NCBI GenBank assembly: GCA_963841915.1
Contig: CAWJEN010000004.1
Coordinates: 64,001 to 128,000 of the forward strand
Length of the DNA: 64,000 nucleotides
Direction of reading: 5' to 3'
Source of the DNA: an uncultured Planctomycetota bacterium
GTDB lineage: Bacteria > Planctomycetota > Phycisphaerae > Tepidisphaerales > Tepidisphaeraceae
Shown here one piece after another: positions 29,841 through 40,218 of the stretch (position 1 is its first letter; each line of letters opens with the position of its first letter). The position numbers were made by a program, and so were the translations under genes. The notes under the pieces are model-generated. The model saw only the letters and a program-made list of their open reading frames with translations, was not told the origin of the DNA and did not search any database.

Positions 29841-32483
29841 CTAACCCGCTTCGCCTCTCCAAGCTCTGCGAAGTATATCAACAGTCGTCGATTCACCACT
29901 TTTCAGGGAAAATGTCGGCGTCGTAACGACAGAGCCGAGCCTTGTCGCGACGACTGCGTCGCCGAAGGTCAGGTCGCGCCCGGCGAGCACGTAAGTCGTC
30001 AGCGGCTCCTCGAACGAGGCATCTTCGTGCTCGAGCTCGACGCCGAAGTCACCGCCGATGGCCATTTCGGCGACGGCGGTGAGCCAACCGCCGTCGCTCA
30101 CATCGTGGGCGGCCGTGACGCCGCCGCTGCGGATCAGGCGGCTGACTTCGAGGTGGGCCTGCCAGCGGTCGTCCAGCGAGTCGCCGGAGGCTGCGACGAG
30201 GTAGAGCGTGTCGCCGGCTCGCTTGAGGTCGCTTGTCACACAGTTGCGGACGTCCTCGGTGATGCCGAACGCGCTGATGAGCAGCGTCGGCGGGATGCGG
30301 GTCGTCACGCCGGTCTTGGCGTCGGTGTATTGGTTGTGCAGCGAGTCCTTCCCGCTGACGAACGGCGTCTGCCATGCCAGGGCGACGTCGCGGCAGGCTT
30401 CACAGGCGAGGACGAGGGTGCCCATGGCCTCAGGCGAGTCGGTGCCGGGCCAGCAGAAGTTGTCGAGTAGGGCCAACCGGTGCGGGTCTACGCCGACGCA
30501 GATGGCGTTGCGCACGGCTTCGTCGATGCTGGCGACGCTCATGGCGTAGGCGTCATCGGTAACGTGCGGAGCAAGGCCGCAGGCAATGACGACGCCGCGG
30601 TTCGAGCCTGCCTTAGGCCGAACGACTGCGGCATCTGCCGGACCGATCTGCAGCGGCCCGACGAATGGCTTGACAATCGTGTTGCCTTGCACCTCGTGGT
30701 CGTACTGCCGGACGATGCGGTGCTTGCTGGCGACGTTGGGGTGAGCGAGCACCCGAAGCAGGGCGGCATCGATCCCGTCGCCGCTGCCGCCCGCATCCTG
30801 CAAGTGATGAGCGCGGGTCACATTGGGGCCGGAGCTAGTCCGAACGGTCGCCTCCCGCGTCGGCATCGGGATGCCGTCGTGAAGGAACGCCATCGACATG
30901 CGGGCGACCTCGGTTCCCTGCCACGTCAGCCGTAGCTCCGGCTCGCCTTGGGACCCGAAGGTGCCAATCGGAGTCGTCTCGACGTCGTGCTCGTCTGATA
31001 GGGCCAACAGCTCGCTGAGCGTGTCGGAGGGCACACTCAGAACCATCCGCTCCTGTGCCTCGCTGATCCACACCTCGTCATACCGCAGCCCGGCATACTT
31101 CAACGGCACCTTCTCGAGTTGCACCTCCGCCCCGACGGCTTCGCCCATCTCGCCAACCGCGCTTGACAAGCCACCCGCACCACAATCGGTAACGGCTGTA
31201 AATAACTTGCGGTCACGGGCGATGAGCAGCACGTCAGCGACCTTCTTCTCAGTAATCGCGTTACCGATCTGGACGGCGTGGCTGAACTCGCTGCCGTGCG
31301 TGTCGGTCAGCTCGGCACTGCTGAAGGTCGCCCCGTGGATGCCGTCGCGACCGGTCCGACCGCCCATGACGACCACGTGATCTCCCGGCCGCGCGGCCTT
31401 GTCGATCTTGTCCCGCGGCAGGATGCCGACACAGCCGCAAAATACGAGTGGGTTGTAGCGGTAGTCGTCGTGGTAGACGACGGCGCCGTTGACGGTGGGA
31501 ATGCCCATTCGATTCCCGTAATCCCGGACGCCACCGACGATGCGGTCGAGTCGCGGGTCGCCGTGCTCGACGCAGAAGACGTCGGTGTTGGCAACGGGTC
31601 GCGCACCGAGACCGGTGCCCAGGACATCACGGACGACGCCGCCGGTGCCGGTCGCTGCACCGCCGTAAGGCTCGATGGCGGAAGGACGATTATGCGTCTC
31701 TGCTTTGAAGCAAACGCCGTCCTCGTCGTCGAAGGCGATGACGCCGGCGTTGTCGACGAAGACGCTGAGGCAAAACTCGTCGCCGCGCTCGGCCATGATC
31801 TGCATCGTGCTGGCAAAGATCGTCTCTTTGATGATGTTGCCGTAGCGACGAAGCTGACGGCCGCCTTCATCGCGGACGATGACCTCGCTCTTGAGCGTCT
31901 TGTGGACGCAGTGCTCGCTCCAGGTTTGAGCGATCGTTTCCAGTTCGCAATCCGTCGGCTCGCGGCCTTGGCTCTTGTAGAAGTCACGCACAGCCCGCAT
32001 CTCGTCGAGGCTGAGGAACAGGTGACCGTCTCGGCTGAGTCGCTGCAGCGCTTCGTCGTCGAGCGTCGTAAGCGTGACGTGCCGCAGCTCGAAGGGCGTC
32101 TGCGGCGGGTGCGGCAGGGCAGCCGGAAGAAACGGAACCGCATGCACCTGCTCGATGACGCCGTTAACGACGCTGGCGTCTTCGACTGTGCGGCCGGTCA
32201 TGACGCTGGTGACGCTTAGCCCGCGGCGGCGCAGTGCCTCCTCGACAGAGCCGGCGGCCGGGTCCATGACGCCCGGCTTAAACCAGACTTCCGTTGCCCC
32301 GGCCTCGGGTGGCGTTGCATGCAAGGTCGCGGTATCACGGATGCCGTCGGCCAAGAGTGGCAGGACGAGCGACTCGACGCGGTCCCGAGGCTCGCTGGTC
32401 TCGATGAGGTAAAGCCGCCGCGACCCATCGCCGCGGACGGGGGCGGCGTCGATGCGAAAGACTTGGGTCGCGGCCTGGCTCAT
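29841..32483 (-). CDS. purL: Phosphoribosylformylglycinamidine synthase subunit PurL with PurS-like N-terminus
   Basis: KPGVMDP; QTWSEHCVHKT, KAETHNRPSAIEPYGGAATG, GRDGIHGATFSS, DCGAGGLSS, ISEAQERM, SGKDSL, HDVSDGG. Confidence 0.95.
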   Translation of the reverse strand: MSQAATQVFRIDAAPVRGDGSRRLYLIETSEPRDRVESLVLPLLADGIRDTATLHATPPEAGATEVWFKPGVMDPAAGSVEEALRRRGLSVTSVMTGRTVEDASVVNGVIEQVHAVPFLPAALPHPPQTPFELRHVTLTTLDDEALQRLSRDGHLFLSLDEMRAVRDFYKSQGREPTDCELETIAQTWSEHCVHKTLKSEVIVRDEGGRQLRRYGNIIKETIFASTMQIMAERGDEFCLSVFVDNAGVIAFDDEDGVCFKAETHNRPSAIEPYGGAATGTGGVVRDVLGTGLGARPVANTDVFCVEHGDPRLDRIVGGVRDYGNRMGIPTVNGAVVYHDDYRYNPLVFCGCVGILPRDKIDKAARPGDHVVVMGGRTGRDGIHGATFSSAELTDTHGSEFSHAVQIGNAITEKKVADVLLIARDRKLFTAVTDCGAGGLSSAVGEMGEAVGAEVQLEKVPLKYAGLRYDEVWISEAQERMVLSVPSDTLSELLALSDEHDVETTPIGTFGSQGEPELRLTWQGTEVARMSMAFLHDGIPMPTREATVRTSSGPNVTRAHHLQDAGGSGDGIDAALLRVLAHPNVASKHRIVRQYDHEVQGNTIVKPFVGPLQIGPADAAVVRPKAGSNRGVVIACGLAPHVTDDAYAMSVASIDEAVRNAICVGVDPHRLALLDNFCWPGTDSPEAMGTLVLACEACRDVALAWQTPFVSGKDSLHNQYTDAKTGVTTRIPPTLLISAFGITEDVRNCVTSDLKRAGDTLYLVAASGDSLDDRWQAHLEVSRLIRSGGVTAAHDVSDGGWLTAVAEMAIGGDFGVELEHEDASFEEPLTTYVLAGRDLTFGDAVVATRLGSVVTTPTFSLKSGESTTVDILRRAWRGEAG

Positions 32484-32654
32484 GCGCCGCCAGCATAGAA
32501 GTGACACAGCCCCGCTCCTAGTCCGCGGCAAGATGGTGCCGGGGCAAGTCCAGGTACCGTGGCGGTGGGTCTTCGGCCCCCGTATCATGCCGCGCCGCTG
32601 CGCCAGCTCCTGACGCCCCTTGCCTTCGCTTTGCCTGAGACTTCTACTGCCGAC

Positions 32655-33218
32655 ATGCTGCTTCTGGACCCCCAGCGCGACACGACGCTGGCGACTTGGG
32701 CCGACGTCTACGCCATCCGCACGTACAGAAGCGATGACGCATCAACCGTCCGTCAGCTCTACACCGCCGGCCTGCTAGGCGGACAACTTGCCGCCAACGA
32801 CAGCGGGCTTGACATCGACGATATCGAGACGGCCTATCTCGACGACCCCTTGAACCACTTCTGGGTCGCTGAAGTTGCGCCGGGACGTGGTGGCAGGGCG
32901 GGCGAAGCAGACGGCACCGTCGTCGCCATGATCGGCGTGCAGCATCACGACGAGGGAGTCGGCGAGATCCGCCGGCTGCGCGTGTCAGAGTCGCACAAAC
33001 GTCGCAGGCTCGGGAGCCGACTGCTTGATACGGCGCTGCGATTTTGCCGTGACAATGGATGCCTTAAAGTCACGCTCGACACCTTCGTCGAGCGATCAGC
33101 GGCAGTGAATCTGTTCGAGCGTCATCAGTTTCGCCACGGCAAAACCCGTCAGCTCTACGGGAAAGACACGCTCTACTTCTACTTTGATCTCTACGCCCAA
33201 GGTGAGGACAACGCTTGA
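32655..33218 (+). CDS. GNAT family N-acetyltransferase
   Basis: EIRRLRVSESHKRRRLGSRLL, AVNLFERHQF. Confidence 0.85.
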   Translation: MLLLDPQRDTTLATWADVYAIRTYRSDDASTVRQLYTAGLLGGQLAANDSGLDIDDIETAYLDDPLNHFWVAEVAPGRGGRAGEADGTVVAMIGVQHHDEGVGEIRRLRVSESHKRRRLGSRLLDTALRFCRDNGCLKVTLDTFVERSAAVNLFERHQFRHGKTRQLYGKDTLYFYFDLYAQGEDNA

Positions 33219-33799
33219 ATCAAACTGCACCCGACGCTCATCGGCTCCTTGACAACGCCTGCGAGGAATGGCGTGCGATGCTCGAAGGCGTGAGAGCGCT
33301 TGGGCCTGACCTGGCGGCGGCGTGTGTCCTCTGCGGTCAGTGTTGGGACAACGGCGGCAAGCTGCTCGTGTGCGGTAACGGCGGCTCCTGTGCCGACGCG
33401 ATGCACCTTGCCGAAGAACTTGTCGCTCGGTTCCAGAAGGACCGCCGAGGCCTGGCTGCCATCGCGTTGACCGATCCGACCGTCATCACGTGCGCAGCCA
33501 ACGACTTCGGGTTCGACAAGATTTTTTCACGCCAAGTCGAGGCACTCGGACGGCCGGGTGATGTGCTCATCGGCCTTACGACGAGCGGCAACAGCCAGAA
33601 CGTGCTCAACGCCTTCGACACCGCCCGCACGATCGGCATGAAAACGATCGCCTTCCTTGGCAAAGGTGGTGGCAAGGCCAAGAGCACATGCGATGTCGAG
33701 CTGATCGTCCCGGCTGACACGGCACACCGCGTGCAAGAAGGGCACAAGGTGTTGTTCCACACGCTCTGCGAGTGGGCCGACGCCTACGCCGAAGCCTGA
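33215..33799 (+). CDS. gmhA: Phosphoheptose isomerase (SIS domain)
   Basis: CGNGGSCADAMH, ANDFGF, FSRQVEALG, TTSGNS, RVQEGH. Confidence 0.93.
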   Translation: MNQTAPDAHRLLDNACEEWRAMLEGVRALGPDLAAACVLCGQCWDNGGKLLVCGNGGSCADAMHLAEELVARFQKDRRGLAAIALTDPTVITCAANDFGFDKIFSRQVEALGRPGDVLIGLTTSGNSQNVLNAFDTARTIGMKTIAFLGKGGGKAKSTCDVELIVPADTAHRVQEGHKVLFHTLCEWADAYAEA

Positions 33800-33803
33800 G
33801 TGA

Positions 33804-36734
33804 TCAGACGGTCTGCTCTTTGGCCATCTGCGCGATCGCGTGGCCGTTGCCGTCGATGGTCATGGCCTCCCGCACAAACCGCTTCTCTTCGGCGGCGTGT
33901 GCCTTGGCACTGCCGACGGCCGGGCTGGCACTGGCTTCGCGGCCGACGTAGCCAACGAGTCGGTCGGGGAACATGCCACGCAGCCGCGGCTGGGCAAAGC
34001 TCCACGCGCCACGGTTTGCCGGCTCTTCCTGGCACCAGATCAGCTCACCGGCCTTGGCGTACCGCTTCACAGCCTTGCGGATCTCGTGCTTCGGCCACGG
34101 GTAAAGCTGCTCGACACGAACAACCGCCACGTCCTCGGCCCCGGCCTCGTCGCGGGCGGCGTCAAGGGTGTAGAACGCCTTGCCGCTGCACAGCAGCACC
34201 CGGCGGACGCTCTCGGGCTTCGACACCTTGACATCATCGATTACAAGACTCAGGCCGCTGTCGGTAAAGTCACCGATCGAGCTGGCAGCCTCGGGCTTCC
34301 GCAGCAGGCTCTTGGGCGACATAATGATGAGCGGCTTGCGGAACTTCCGCAGAATCTGACGCCGCAGCAAGTGAAAATACTGCGCGGGCGTGGTCGGTAC
34401 CGCAACCTGCAAGTTGTGCTCGGCAGCGAGACTCAGGAATCGTTCCAGGTATGCATTGGAGTGCTCAGGACCCATGCCCTCATAGCCGTGCGGCAGGTTC
34501 ATGACGAGGCCGTTCATGTAGCCCCACTTGCTTTCGGCTGCGGCAATAATCTGGTCAATGATGTTCTGAGCACCGTTGACAAAGTCGCCGAATTGTGCCT
34601 CCCAGATCACCAGATTCCGCGGATCGGCAGAGGCAAAACCCCACTCGAAGCCAAGTACAGCCTCTTCGCTGAGCATCGTGTTGATGATCTCGAAGCGACC
34701 CTGATTCTCGTGCCTCGCACCGCCACCGACGTATTGCAGCGGGCGGTACCGCTTGCCGTTCTCGACGTCGTGCAGGACGGCGTGGCGGTGGCTGAACGTG
34801 CCGCGTTCGACATCCTGGCCGGTGAGGCGGACGCTTGCACCGCCTAGCAAAAGACTACCGATGGCGAGCATCTCACCGGTGCCCCAGTCGATGTTCTCGC
34901 CGCTTTCGACCGCCTCGACTCTGGCTTCGAGCAGCTTCGAAAGCTTGGGATGCACGCTGAAGCTGTCGGGAATGCGATTGACGCTGCCGACGACGGTTCG
35001 CAGGACTTCGCGATCCACGGTCGTGTCGACGCCCCATTGGGTGTAGTCGGTCGGGGCGCGACCCATGCCGCGCCAGACACCGCTGAATGAGGGTGTTTTG
35101 CCGCGATATTTCTCGACGCGTGCCGCCTCGCGTGACTCCTTGAGCGTCGACAGCACATCGTCCTTCATCGCCTCCAGCGCCGCCTTGTCGACGACACCTT
35201 CTTTTAGAAGCTGGCTCGCGTAGAGCGTCCGGACGCCCTTGTGCTTGCGGATTTTGGCGTACATCAGCGGCTGCGTGAACGAAGGCTCGTCGGCCTCGTT
35301 GTGGCCGTACTTGCGGTAGCACCACAGATCGATCAGCACGTCCTGCTTGAACCGCTGACGGAACGCGACCGCCAGCTTCGTGACGTGATAGACGGCCTCC
35401 GGGTCGTCACCGTTGACGTGGAAGACGGGCGCCTGAATGCTCTTGGCGACGTCGGTCGGGTAGGGCGTGAATCGGCCTTGCTTGGGAGGCGTCGTGAAGC
35501 CGATCTGGTTGTTGACGATGACGTGAATCGTCCCGCCTGTGCGGTAGCCGAGCAGCTCGCTGAGGTTAAGCGTCTCGAAGACGATACCTTGACCCACAAA
35601 CGCCGCATCGCCGTGCAGGCAAACGGGCACGACCTTTTCCCGGTCGCCGTCGAGGAGCCAGCGTTGCTTGCAGCGGACGATGCCCTGCTGAATCGGATTG
35701 ATGAGCTCGAGGTGACTCGGGTTAGGCAGCAGGCTGACCTTAACATCGTGATAGTCGCCACCCGAATCGGGTTTTACGCGTCGCGTGTTGGCAAAGCCGA
35801 GGTGGTACTTGACGTCACCGTCGCCATAATCGGCAGCTTCATCCTCGCTCTTGGTGATCGTGCCGGCAAACTCGGCCAGCATCGTCTCGTAAGGCTTGCG
35901 AAGGACGTGTGCGAGCACGTTGAGGCGTCCGCGGTGGGCCATCGAGCAGATCACCTGTTCACCACCGAGCGGGCCGCTCTGCTCGACAACGCCGTTGAGT
36001 AACGGCACAAGCGACTCGCCGCCTTCGAGGCTGAACCGTTTGGCACCGACAAAAGCCTTATGCAGAAACTGTTCGAACTCCTCTGCCTGCACAAGCTGGC
36101 GGAGCACGTGCTTCTTCTGCTCGGCATCAAGATTCGGTCGATTCAGCGCCGGCTCCATCTGCTCCTGGAGCCAACGCCGTTGTTCACGGTCGGCGACGCC
36201 CGTGAACTCGACACCGATGGTGCCGCAGTAGGTTTGTCGGAGCTTGGCGATGAGGTCGCCGAGGGTGCCGTCGGTCTCACCACAGAAGCCGCCTTTGCCG
36301 ACATAGGTTTTCATATCGACGCCATCGAGCTCGAAGTTCTCGAGTGACAGCATCGGGTGGCCCGGCCGTTCGTCTGGCGATTCGAGCGGGTTGAGGTGTG
36401 CCTCGAAGTGCCCGAACTCGCGGTAGGAGTGAACGAGGTCGTAGATGCCGATCGCTTTGGCGACTTCGGCCTCTTCAGGTTGGCCTGGAAGGTCAACGTC
36501 ACGAACGTCGGCCGACTGAAGCTCGACGTCACCACCTTCGCCGCCTCGCATCGAAAAGCCGGCGAAGAACGCCTGCCACGTCTCGTCGAGACTCGCCGGA
36601 TCGCTGAGATATTGCTGATACCGCTCTGCCAGGTACTCGGCGTTGTCGCCTGCGGCAAAGTCGACGACTCGGTTTGCGGCAGGGCCGACGGTGGGTTGGA
36701 GTGAAGGGGCTTCTTGCTCGTTCTGCGACTTCAT
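33804..36734 (-). CDS. sucA: 2-oxoglutarate dehydrogenase E1 component
   Basis: KRFSLEGGE, MAHRGRLNVL, GDVKYH, NPSHLE, HGDAAFVGQG, GQDVERGTFSHRH, WEAQFGDF, QEEPANRG. Confidence 0.97.
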   Translation of the reverse strand: MKSQNEQEAPSLQPTVGPAANRVVDFAAGDNAEYLAERYQQYLSDPASLDETWQAFFAGFSMRGGEGGDVELQSADVRDVDLPGQPEEAEVAKAIGIYDLVHSYREFGHFEAHLNPLESPDERPGHPMLSLENFELDGVDMKTYVGKGGFCGETDGTLGDLIAKLRQTYCGTIGVEFTGVADREQRRWLQEQMEPALNRPNLDAEQKKHVLRQLVQAEEFEQFLHKAFVGAKRFSLEGGESLVPLLNGVVEQSGPLGGEQVICSMAHRGRLNVLAHVLRKPYETMLAEFAGTITKSEDEAADYGDGDVKYHLGFANTRRVKPDSGGDYHDVKVSLLPNPSHLELINPIQQGIVRCKQRWLLDGDREKVVPVCLHGDAAFVGQGIVFETLNLSELLGYRTGGTIHVIVNNQIGFTTPPKQGRFTPYPTDVAKSIQAPVFHVNGDDPEAVYHVTKLAVAFRQRFKQDVLIDLWCYRKYGHNEADEPSFTQPLMYAKIRKHKGVRTLYASQLLKEGVVDKAALEAMKDDVLSTLKESREAARVEKYRGKTPSFSGVWRGMGRAPTDYTQWGVDTTVDREVLRTVVGSVNRIPDSFSVHPKLSKLLEARVEAVESGENIDWGTGEMLAIGSLLLGGASVRLTGQDVERGTFSHRHAVLHDVENGKRYRPLQYVGGGARHENQGRFEIINTMLSEEAVLGFEWGFASADPRNLVIWEAQFGDFVNGAQNIIDQIIAAAESKWGYMNGLVMNLPHGYEGMGPEHSNAYLERFLSLAAEHNLQVAVPTTPAQYFHLLRRQILRKFRKPLIIMSPKSLLRKPEAASSIGDFTDSGLSLVIDDVKVSKPESVRRVLLCSGKAFYTLDAARDEAGAEDVAVVRVEQLYPWPKHEIRKAVKRYAKAGELIWCQEEPANRGAWSFAQPRLRGMFPDRLVGYVGREASASPAVGSAKAHAAEEKRFVREAMTIDGNGHAIAQMAKEQTV

Positions 36735-36962
36735 GATCGGTGGCGGCTGCGGGCGATGGACGCCCCGGTTGGCGACGACAGCAACGCGTAAGGTCACGTC
36801 TCCACAGCCTGCAACGCTGCGGCGTCCGCGCCGCCTCGGAGGGTCGGCCGACCGCCACGCGTTAGACAACGCTGCAACGTCACCTTCGCGACCCGAACCC
36901 TAGCACACCGAAAACGAATCGGCCGTGTGCGATTCGCAACAAAATCCGCGTCGCTGACCTGC

Positions 36963-37355
36963 TCACCGCCGGGCAATCAGGCCACCGACCACAAGGGCAA
37001 GTACGGCTCCCAGACCGGCTGCCGGAACCGTCAGCGGTTGCTGTGGCTCGACCTCAAATTCCTGCAAAGCAGTGGGCGCGGCCTCCACCGTCACGACCGC
37101 AGGTGACACAACTGCCACTGGCACCTGTGGAGAAGCCATTGACGCTGAAACTCCCACAGCCGCGACCGGCTCCAACGCGAACAGGCGTCCCGGCAACACG
37201 TCACCAGCGTCGGCAAAGACAAGCTTGACGTCAGCCCGATCCTGTAGCTGTTGCCAACCGTCAGACCCCGCAGCGGCATGTTGCGATCCTGCCGTTACCA
37301 AGCCCGCAAAGGCTGCAGCCAAGAGACATCGTGTGCTGAGTTTCGAACGTTGCAT
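36963..37355 (-). CDS. Small secreted protein with PEP-CTERM-like C-terminal anchor
   Basis: Signal peptide; ends VPAAGLGAVLALVVGGLIARR*. Confidence 0.5.
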   Translation of the reverse strand: MQRSKLSTRCLLAAAFAGLVTAGSQHAAAGSDGWQQLQDRADVKLVFADAGDVLPGRLFALEPVAAVGVSASMASPQVPVAVVSPAVVTVEAAPTALQEFEVEPQQPLTVPAAGLGAVLALVVGGLIARR

Positions 37356-37590
37356 GCTTCTCCCTGATCAAGCAGCCGGCTGGCTGCAGTGCATTCCCGG
37401 CGATGCTCTCGCAAAGCCGGTGCCGCGGCAGGCGTCGCCGGGGCATATTCAGGAGATCTTCATCCGCCACCGCTTTAGCACGTTCGGCGGGCGATCCGAA
37501 GCAGGGACTATAACAGAGGCGGTGCTCGATCCGATTGCATCCTGCTTATCGGACTGACATCGCGGCCGTACCTGACGCATTCGGCAGCAG

Positions 37591-38619
37591 TCAAAGTGAT
37601 CGGAGAAAACGCACATCGTTTTCGACGAAGTGGCGAATGTTGCCAACGCCGTACTTCCGCATGGCGATCCGTTCGACGCCGAAGCCGAATGCCCAGCCGG
37701 TGTACAGATCAGGGTCGATGCCGCACGCGGTCAGCACGTTTGGGTGCACCATGCCGCAACCGCCCAGCTCGATCCACTGCTCGCGATCGGGGAACCACAC
37801 GTCGCATTCTGCCGACGGCTCGGTGAACGGGAAAAAGCTGGGCCGTAGGCGGACCTGGGTGTCGTGACCGAAGTACGCCCTAACGAACTGCAGAATCGTC
37901 GACTTCATGTCAACCATCGTCACGCCTTCGTCGACGACAAGGGCCTCGAGCTGGTGAAACATCGACAGGTGCGTGTCGTCGTGCGTGTCCGGCCGATAAA
38001 CGCGGCCGGGAATGACAATGCGGATCGGCGGCTCCTGCGACTGCATTGTGCGGATCTGCACCGTGCTCGTCTGGGTCCGCAGGAGCGACCGACCACCCGC
38101 GCCGGGTCCGCCGTCGGCTGCATCATCGACGTAGAAATTGTCGAGCGGATCGCGGGCCGGGTGACTTTCGGGGATGTTGAGGGCGACGAAGTTGTGGAAC
38201 TCGTCCTCGAGTTCGGGCCCGCTGCCGACGTCGAACCCCATGCGGCCGAACAGCTCGCTCAGCTCGTCGACCACCCGCAGGACAGGGTGACGCCGCCCGA
38301 CGGCAGGGCGGTCACCAGGCTCAGTGACGTCGATGACAGGCGCCTCATCGCTCGTCTCCAGCGACGACTTCTTGGCGTCGTAAGACGCCTGCACCTCATT
38401 CTGCAGCTTATTGACCTCTTGCCCCAGGGCAGGTCGATCCTCTTTCGGCACGCGGCCAAGCAGCTTCATCAGGTCGCGGATTTCGCCGTTCTTACTGAGG
38501 AACCTAATGCGAAACGCCTCGACATCGTCAGGCGTTGCGGCGGCACCGATGGCGGCGTCGGCCTGGTCACGCAGGCGCTGAATTGTTTCTCGCGGGTCGT
38601 CCGTCGTGGCGGCGGGCAT
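37591..38619 (-). CDS. pheS: Phenylalanine--tRNA ligase alpha subunit
   Basis: HNFVALNIPESHPARD, LRTQTSTVQ, PGRVYR, FHQLE, RPSFFPFTEPS, GWAFGFGVER. Confidence 0.97.
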   Translation of the reverse strand: MPAATTDDPRETIQRLRDQADAAIGAAATPDDVEAFRIRFLSKNGEIRDLMKLLGRVPKEDRPALGQEVNKLQNEVQASYDAKKSSLETSDEAPVIDVTEPGDRPAVGRRHPVLRVVDELSELFGRMGFDVGSGPELEDEFHNFVALNIPESHPARDPLDNFYVDDAADGGPGAGGRSLLRTQTSTVQIRTMQSQEPPIRIVIPGRVYRPDTHDDTHLSMFHQLEALVVDEGVTMVDMKSTILQFVRAYFGHDTQVRLRPSFFPFTEPSAECDVWFPDREQWIELGGCGMVHPNVLTACGIDPDLYTGWAFGFGVERIAMRKYGVGNIRHFVENDVRFLRSL

Positions 38620-38666
38620 GCCGCAGCGTATGGCACGCCCACCAGCCCAGCGTGTACGATGTCGTC

Positions 38667-39314
38667 GTGCGTGCGGACAACCTCGGCATCCTCCCGTATC
38701 GCGAAGCCTGGCAACGCCAGGAGGCCGCCCACGCCGAAGTGCTGGCAGGCGGTGAGGAACGGATCTTCTACGTCGAACATCCGCACACGCTGACGGTCGG
38801 TCGACGGGCGGAACTCGGCCGCTCGCACATCCTCGCCGACGAAGGGGAGTTGGAGCGGATGCACGTCGAGGTCGTCGACAGCGATCGCGGCGGTGATGTC
38901 ACCTACCACGGGCCCGGCCAACTCGTCGCTTACCCGATCATCCGACTTGCCGACCGCCGCATGAGCGTCGGGTCGTACATGTGCGCGTTGCAGAAGGCGG
39001 TGATCGACGCCATCGGGGAATTCCACGTCGTCGGCAACCTGAGCGACGGCTTTCCGGGCGTCTGGTGCCAAGACAGCTCGATCGACGACCTCGCCAAAGT
39101 CTGTGCCGTCGGCGTCCGTGTGCGGCGGGGCGTGACGATGCACGGCCTGGCGCTCAACGTCGAGCCTGACTTGTCGAAGTACCACCTCATCGACGCCTGC
39201 GGCCTCGGCAAGGCGGTGACGAGTCTCAAGCACCTCCGCCACGATGACGCTCCGTCCATGGCGGCCGTGCGGACGGTGCTGCACGTCAAGCTCTGCGGGC
39301 GATTGTCGAGCTGA
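38667..39314 (+). CDS. lipB: Lipoyl(octanoyl) transferase LipB (start inferred)
   Basis: VEHPHTLTVG, DRGGDVTYHGPGQLVAYPI, KVCAVG, HGLALNV, ACGL. Confidence 0.95.
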   Translation: MRADNLGILPYREAWQRQEAAHAEVLAGGEERIFYVEHPHTLTVGRRAELGRSHILADEGELERMHVEVVDSDRGGDVTYHGPGQLVAYPIIRLADRRMSVGSYMCALQKAVIDAIGEFHVVGNLSDGFPGVWCQDSSIDDLAKVCAVGVRVRRGVTMHGLALNVEPDLSKYHLIDACGLGKAVTSLKHLRHDDAPSMAAVRTVLHVKLCGRLSS

Positions 39315-39358
39315 GGCCACGGCGGGAGTGCTATTTGGCAAATCGGCTCACGTTGACC

Positions 39359-40195
39359 ATGCTGCCTCGCGTGACGGAGCAGATCGAATCGAAGCAGCCC
39401 CTTGTCGTACCGCCGCCGCGGGATCCGCTGACGCGCAAGCTCGACACGGTCTTGCCCGACGGCTGGTGGCTTTGGCTGCCGATGGCGACGTTCCTGATCG
39501 TGCTGGCGATCGGGCCGTACACCGAGCCGTATCTCGGCGAGTTCGGCAGCTACGTCGCCGCCTACACCGCCCGGACATTGCTAGTCGGTGGCATGCTCAT
39601 CTGGCTCTGGCCGCGGCTGATGAGCGAGGTCGTCTGGTCACACACGGGCGTGGCAGTCGTCTTTGGCATTGTCGGGGCAATCCAGTGGATCGGCATGGAC
39701 AAGCTCCTGCTCGCGGCTCAGGACGCTTTCGCTCCCGAGGAAGACTCTCCTTTCCAGCTTCTATTCTCCATCGTCGGAACGGTCGATCCTGCCGACGGGT
39801 ACAACCTGTTCGAGCAGATCTCGTCGCCCGTGTGGCTCGTGTTGTTCATCGCAATCCGCCTGCTCGGCCCGGTGCTGGTGGTGCCGGTGATGGAAGAGCT
39901 GTTCTGGCGGGACTGGCTGTGGCGGGGCTTCATTGCCCCGGCCAACTTTCGCCTGGCCAAGGTGGCCGAGTGGGACGCGGGTGCGTTTATCTTTACGAGC
40001 GTCGCCTTCAGCCTCGTTCACCCGCAGCGACTCCTGGCCGTCGTATGGGGTTTGCTGGTCGCTTGGCTGCTCGTCCGCACGCGAAGCTTGGGGGCGTGCA
40101 TCATTATGCATGCGGTCACGAACCTGCTCCTCGGCCTGTGGGTGCTGCTCATCGGCCCGTACTTCGGGTTGAACAACGAGTGGTATTTCTGGTAG
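39359..40195 (+). CDS. CAAX prenyl protease-related CPBP intramembrane protease (PEP-CTERM-associated type)
   Basis: VVPVMEELFWR, FSLVH, HAVTNLLLGLWV, ends WYFW. Confidence 0.85.
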   Translation: MLPRVTEQIESKQPLVVPPPRDPLTRKLDTVLPDGWWLWLPMATFLIVLAIGPYTEPYLGEFGSYVAAYTARTLLVGGMLIWLWPRLMSEVVWSHTGVAVVFGIVGAIQWIGMDKLLLAAQDAFAPEEDSPFQLLFSIVGTVDPADGYNLFEQISSPVWLVLFIAIRLLGPVLVVPVMEELFWRDWLWRGFIAPANFRLAKVAEWDAGAFIFTSVAFSLVHPQRLLAVVWGLLVAWLLVRTRSLGACIIMHAVTNLLLGLWVLLIGPYFGLNNEWYFW

Positions 40196-40218
40196 GCCGC
40201 CTGTGTTAGCATACGAGC

